From Promethearchaeota archaeon (GTDB lineage Archaea; Asgardarchaeota; Lokiarchaeia; Sigyniarchaeales; SOKP01): a stretch of 64,000 nt of DNA. Where the stretch lies: the NCBI GenBank assembly GCA_048940925.1, contig JBHLOC010000020.1:21777-85776 (forward strand), read 5' to 3'. Positions 60,122 to 64,000 of the stretch are shown here, piece by piece (position 1 is the first letter of the stretch; each line of letters begins with the position of its first letter). The notes under the pieces were generated by a model. The model was given only the letters and a program-made list of their open reading frames with translations, was not told the DNA's origin and did not search any database. The translations under genes and the position numbers were made by a program.

Positions 60122-60982
60122 TTACAGTAAAATTCTTAAAATCATCTGAGCTCCACCAGAATTATCTAAATATTCCGCATGAGACGCTACATCAATAAAT
60201 CTCTTTTTATATTCATTGAAATTCATTTTAAGATACTCTTGAATATGTAGAGCATCAAATGTATAGTGATTGAAACATGAAGTGGGATGAGCTCCGAAAG
60301 GATTCTTAACGACAGCCACAGTTGTTTGCATAGGTAATTGTGCTTTCCCAGGTAAATATCTTATATCTTCAGTTTCCACTAATTTTTCACATGTTATAAT
60401 CGTTTTCTTAGCTGTTTTTGCCATATCAGCATCCATCCATACTGCTCCAGTAATATTACCATTTCCGTATTCATCAGCATATGGAACATGTAGAATAGAC
60501 ACATCTAAATCTATCTTAGGCACCGCCATTACCTGAGTTCCAGAACCAAGCGGATCATCGATTTGTTTGATATCATTTCTTACTTTTGGCATATCAGTTC
60601 CGATTATGCCCTTTAAAGGCATGAATGGTACTTTCAAGTAAGATGCTCTCAAACCTAAAGCAATAGTAGCTTCGCTTTCTTCTGATATATGAATAGAACC
60701 TGATTCTACAGCTTTTCTATAATGTGGTGCCATACCAAAAATTTCCATTCCTACAAAACAACTTCTTACTTCTGAGATACATCCCCCTGCTATAAGCAAA
60801 TCAACCTCAATTCCCCCAACAAACGTACACAGTGATAAATTTTTCTTACCTTGTCTGATAATTTCTCTACACGCACTCATTGGTTTTCTCCAGAAAGAAA
60901 GTCCTCCTATTCCAACTAAATCACCATCTTGAACATATGTTGAAATCGCTTCATCAATAGTCATCAATTTGCTATTGTTCAA
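60122..60982 (-). CDS. Family I CoA-transferase alpha subunit (GctA-like)
   Basis: MTIDEAI..YVQDGD, DLLIAGG, FVGME, PFMP..GTD, ADEYGN, GAHPTSC. Confidence 0.87.
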   Translation of the reverse strand: MNNSKLMTIDEAISTYVQDGDLVGIGGLSFWRKPMSACREIIRQGKKNLSLCTFVGGIEVDLLIAGGCISEVRSCFVGMEIFGMAPHYRKAVESGSIHISEESEATIALGLRASYLKVPFMPLKGIIGTDMPKVRNDIKQIDDPLGSGTQVMAVPKIDLDVSILHVPYADEYGNGNITGAVWMDADMAKTAKKTIITCEKLVETEDIRYLPGKAQLPMQTTVAVVKNPFGAHPTSCFNHYTFDALHIQEYLKMNFNEYKKRFIDVASHAEYLDNSGGAQMILRILL

Positions 60983-61327
60983 ATGAGATCTCCTTATTAG
61001 ATTAAATTTACTTTAAAAGAGTTTATTTTGATACTTAGGATTTATAATTGTTAGTCAAATTAAAATTAATACCATCTGACATTACTAATGTATGTAAGAA
61101 AATGGTCAACTAAATTAGGCATTAAAGATAGAGTAGAAGTAGTCTTTCGTATGATTGAATAAAAAATTTCTTAATTTTTCTTTTTTTTTTATAATTTACA
61201 CATTATTAGATTCCCAATTTTGAGAACTAAATTTGAAAGACTTTTAATTAAAAATTATAAATACTTAAAAAAATAAATAAAAATTAAAAACTTTAAATAA
61301 AAAAAATCTAATGTTTGGAGATTAAAG

Positions 61328-63046
61328 ATGACTTTTCCTGAATTTAGTACACATTATCCACTACTCCTAACTACTTTTATGAAACGACCTGTAAAAGTTT
61401 ATCCAAATGAGATAGGCGTCGTGTACCGAAACCATGTCACAGGTGAGTATTTTCGCTTTACGTGGTTAGAGTGGTATAAGCGAACATGTCGTCTGGCAAA
61501 TGCTTTAAAAACTTTAGGTATAAAGCCTGGGAAACCTGGTGAACCTGGAGATAGGGTTGCTACAATGGCACTTAACACACACAGACACTTAGAGCTTTAT
61601 TATGCGGTTCCTTGCAGTGGAGCAACGCTTCACCCAATTAATGTACGACTTTCTCCAGATCATATATTATATACAATTAATCATGCAGAGGATACAATCA
61701 TCTTTTTTGATGACTTACTTCTACCTTTAGTACAATTACTTTATGACAAAATAAAAGATACCGTTAAAAAATTTGTGTATATGTCAGATAAACCAGGACT
61801 ACCTGATACTAAAATAGAAAATCTCTATGAGTATGAAGAGTTGATTAAAGCGGAATCTGATGAATTTGAGTGGCCTTATTTGCATGAAGATACCTATGCT
61901 ACTCTTTGTTATACCACCGGAACAACTGGACTTCCAAAAGGTGCGATGTTTACTCATAGAGCTCTTTATTTGCTTACCTTACATTATATGTCAATAGCGA
62001 GCTTCTCTAACGATCCTACCTATACTCATCTTGGCGAGAATGGTAATTATTTGATGCTCACACCTCTATTTCATATTCATGGTTGGGGTGCACCTTTTAT
62101 CACCGTATTTTTAAGTGTGAAGCTTGTACTCCCTGGGTTCTTCACAGTTGAAGGTTTTTGTGAATTAGTTCAAACTGAGAAAGTGGCATCTACTTCTGTG
62201 GTTCCAACGATTCTAGCTTTGCTTTTAGAATATAAAGATCTTGATAAATATGATTTGAGTAGTCTTGTACAGGTAGGTGTGGGAGGTGGAGCATTACCAT
62301 TAGGATTAAAAACTAAGATCGAGAAAAAAATTCCTGGAATTACAGCCTCCTCCGGATATGGAATGACAGAGACCGCACCAACTACAATTGGATCTTTTAT
62401 TAAGAAATATATGAGAGACTGGCCAAAAGAAAAATTAGATGAAGTTCGAGTAAAAACAGGTCTAGCTCTTCCTGGACTTGAGGTAGAAGTTGTTGATGAG
62501 AACGGAAATCCAATCCCCCATGATAATAATACTATTGGAGAAATAGTTATTCGGGGTCCATGGGTAATGGAAAAATATTATAAGAATCCTGAAAAAACTG
62601 ATGAAGTATGGTATGATGGATGGTTTCATACAGGGGATGTAGCTAAAATTGATGAAGAAGATTTTATAATTATTGCAGATAGGATGTCAGATATCATCAG
62701 GAGTGGAGCAGAAATGGTTCCTACGGTACTCCTTGAGAATCTGGCTGCTATGGCAGAATTTGTGCTTGAAGCCACTGTTGTGGGAGTTCCAGATGAAGTA
62801 TGGGGAGAAAAAGCTCTTGCTATAATGAAACTTGTACCTAATAGTGATAAGAGTGAAGAGGATCTAATTGAATTTCTCAAATCAGAAGGTGTTGATAAAG
62901 GCAAGATTACTAAATGGATGCTCCCCAAACTGGTAGCTATAGTTGATGAAATTCCAAAAACTAGTGTAGGAAAGTTTGATAAAAGGACTATTAAGAAGAA
63001 CCTAGATACATTCTTAGCCAAGGCTAAAGACATGAAAAAGAGTTAA
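61328..63046 (+). CDS. Medium/long-chain fatty acyl-CoA ligase (AlkK/DmdB-like)
   Basis: YTTGTTGLPKG, PLFHIHGWG, GYGMTET, HTGD, PKTSVGKFDK. Confidence 0.92.
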   Translation: MTFPEFSTHYPLLLTTFMKRPVKVYPNEIGVVYRNHVTGEYFRFTWLEWYKRTCRLANALKTLGIKPGKPGEPGDRVATMALNTHRHLELYYAVPCSGATLHPINVRLSPDHILYTINHAEDTIIFFDDLLLPLVQLLYDKIKDTVKKFVYMSDKPGLPDTKIENLYEYEELIKAESDEFEWPYLHEDTYATLCYTTGTTGLPKGAMFTHRALYLLTLHYMSIASFSNDPTYTHLGENGNYLMLTPLFHIHGWGAPFITVFLSVKLVLPGFFTVEGFCELVQTEKVASTSVVPTILALLLEYKDLDKYDLSSLVQVGVGGGALPLGLKTKIEKKIPGITASSGYGMTETAPTTIGSFIKKYMRDWPKEKLDEVRVKTGLALPGLEVEVVDENGNPIPHDNNTIGEIVIRGPWVMEKYYKNPEKTDEVWYDGWFHTGDVAKIDEEDFIIIADRMSDIIRSGAEMVPTVLLENLAAMAEFVLEATVVGVPDEVWGEKALAIMKLVPNSDKSEEDLIEFLKSEGVDKGKITKWMLPKLVAIVDEIPKTSVGKFDKRTIKKNLDTFLAKAKDMKKS

Positions 63047-63410
63047 AAAAAAGAATTAAATTATCTAAAATTTTTTTTTCTATTTCTGAAAAGCTGTTAA
63101 TTACTTTTTCAATTAAAAATATCAATTTCCTGTTTTCATAATTTTACAAGGCTTAAAATAAGATTTTACTATTTCTTCAAGAACATAATAAAACTTTTTT
63201 AGTTCATAAAATTTTTCATAACCTTTAATTTGATAGCTAGATCTACCTTAAAGATGGTTATAAGGTGTTCATGAGCCGAACCTTTATCTTCTTAATTTGT
63301 TAATTTAAAAAAAGAAATATGAAAAATTATCATTTAAAAATTTTAAATACCATAGCATTTAAATTAAAATAAAAACCAAAGAAAATATAACTATTATTTG
63401 GAGATCAAAA

Positions 63411-64000
63411 ATGATTAATAAAACTTATCCTGAATTTAGTTCCCACTATCCACTACTGCTCACTACTTTTATGAAACGACCAGTGAGAGTGTATCCAAAT
63501 GAGATAGGCGTCGTATATCGAAACCATATTACAGGTGAGTACTTTCGCTTTACATGGTTGGAGTGGTATAAACGAACATGTCGTTTGGCAAACGCTTTAA
63601 GAACTTTAGATATAAAACCTGGAAAACCTGGTGAACCTGGAGATAGGGTTGCAACTATGGCACTTAACAACCATAGACATTTGGAGATTTATTATGCAGC
63701 ACCTTGTAGTGGAGCTTTGTTACATCCAATTAATATAAGGCTTTCACCAGAGCATATCATCTATACTATAAACCATGCAGAGGATAAAGTCATCTTTTTT
63801 GATGATTTACTTCTTCCCCTTGTTGAAGGTATCTATGATAAGATAAAAGACACTGTTAAGATGTTCGTTTATATGTCTGATAAACCAGGATTACCTGTTA
63901 CTAGGATAGAAAATCTCTATGAATATGAAGAGTTGATTAAAGCGGAATCTGATGAATATGAATGGCCTCATTTGAGTGAAGATAATTATGCAACTTTATG
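63411..64000 (+). CDS. Tandem paralog of the 61328 CoA ligase, truncated by the window end
   Basis: MINKTYPEFSSHYPLLLTTFMKRPVRVYPNEIGVVYRNHITGEYFRFTWLEWYKRTCRLANAL...; nearly identical to the upstream gene. Confidence 0.9.
   Translation, partial: MINKTYPEFSSHYPLLLTTFMKRPVRVYPNEIGVVYRNHITGEYFRFTWLEWYKRTCRLANALRTLDIKPGKPGEPGDRVATMALNNHRHLEIYYAAPCSGALLHPINIRLSPEHIIYTINHAEDKVIFFDDLLLPLVEGIYDKIKDTVKMFVYMSDKPGLPVTRIENLYEYEELIKAESDEYEWPHLSEDNYATL

Noticed and set aside
442-63670. Short antisense or nested ORFs in the track (e.g. 442-726, 2235-2516, 9123-9335, 14078-14287, 43739-44170, 62626-63033)
   Set aside because: Shadow ORFs overlapping well-supported genes, with no motifs of their own.
1-64000. 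tRNA, rRNA, CRISPR arrays, transposases/integrases, Sec/Pyl read-through
   Set aside because: No cloverleaf or GC-rich RNA gene, no spaced direct repeats, no mobile-element ORF and no conserved gene broken by an in-frame UGA/UAG was seen by eye.

Overview
AT-rich, gene-dense archaeal DNA. GGTGA/GGAG Shine-Dalgarno (SD) sites, poly-T terminators and the protein style suggest an Asgard (Lokiarchaeia-like) genome; this is inference, as no marker gene is present. 1-8.6 kb: complete upper anaerobic benzoyl-CoA pathway (oah-dch-had-bzdNOPQ-bzdM-bzdV). 9-21 kb: feeder/lower-pathway genes (CoA ligase, atypical thiolase, 2-hydroxyacyl-CoA dehydratase and activator, two MaoC hydratases, tungsten AOR, PanE-like reductase). 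Further right: Etf/acyl-CoA dehydrogenase, a B12 acyl-CoA mutase operon, a GlcD/GlpC/CdhC-like/CooC cluster, a corrinoid-RACo module, a threonine cluster and tandem CoA ligases. Main discovery: the mutase large-subunit gene looks frameshifted but is interrupted by a 31-nt insert (32853-32883) that folds into a canonical bulge-helix-bulge. Cutting it at the standard archaeal tRNA-splicing-endonuclease positions restores the frame and the conserved motif, so it is a candidate mRNA intron. Other observations: four genes that need ATA/ACG start codons, a recurring TGGG-N8-CCCA operator-like palindrome, an AbrB-like domain fused to a degenerate CoA ligase, a candidate structured small RNA and an unannotated 52-aa zinc-ribbon gene. 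No rRNA, tRNA, CRISPR array or transposase was seen.
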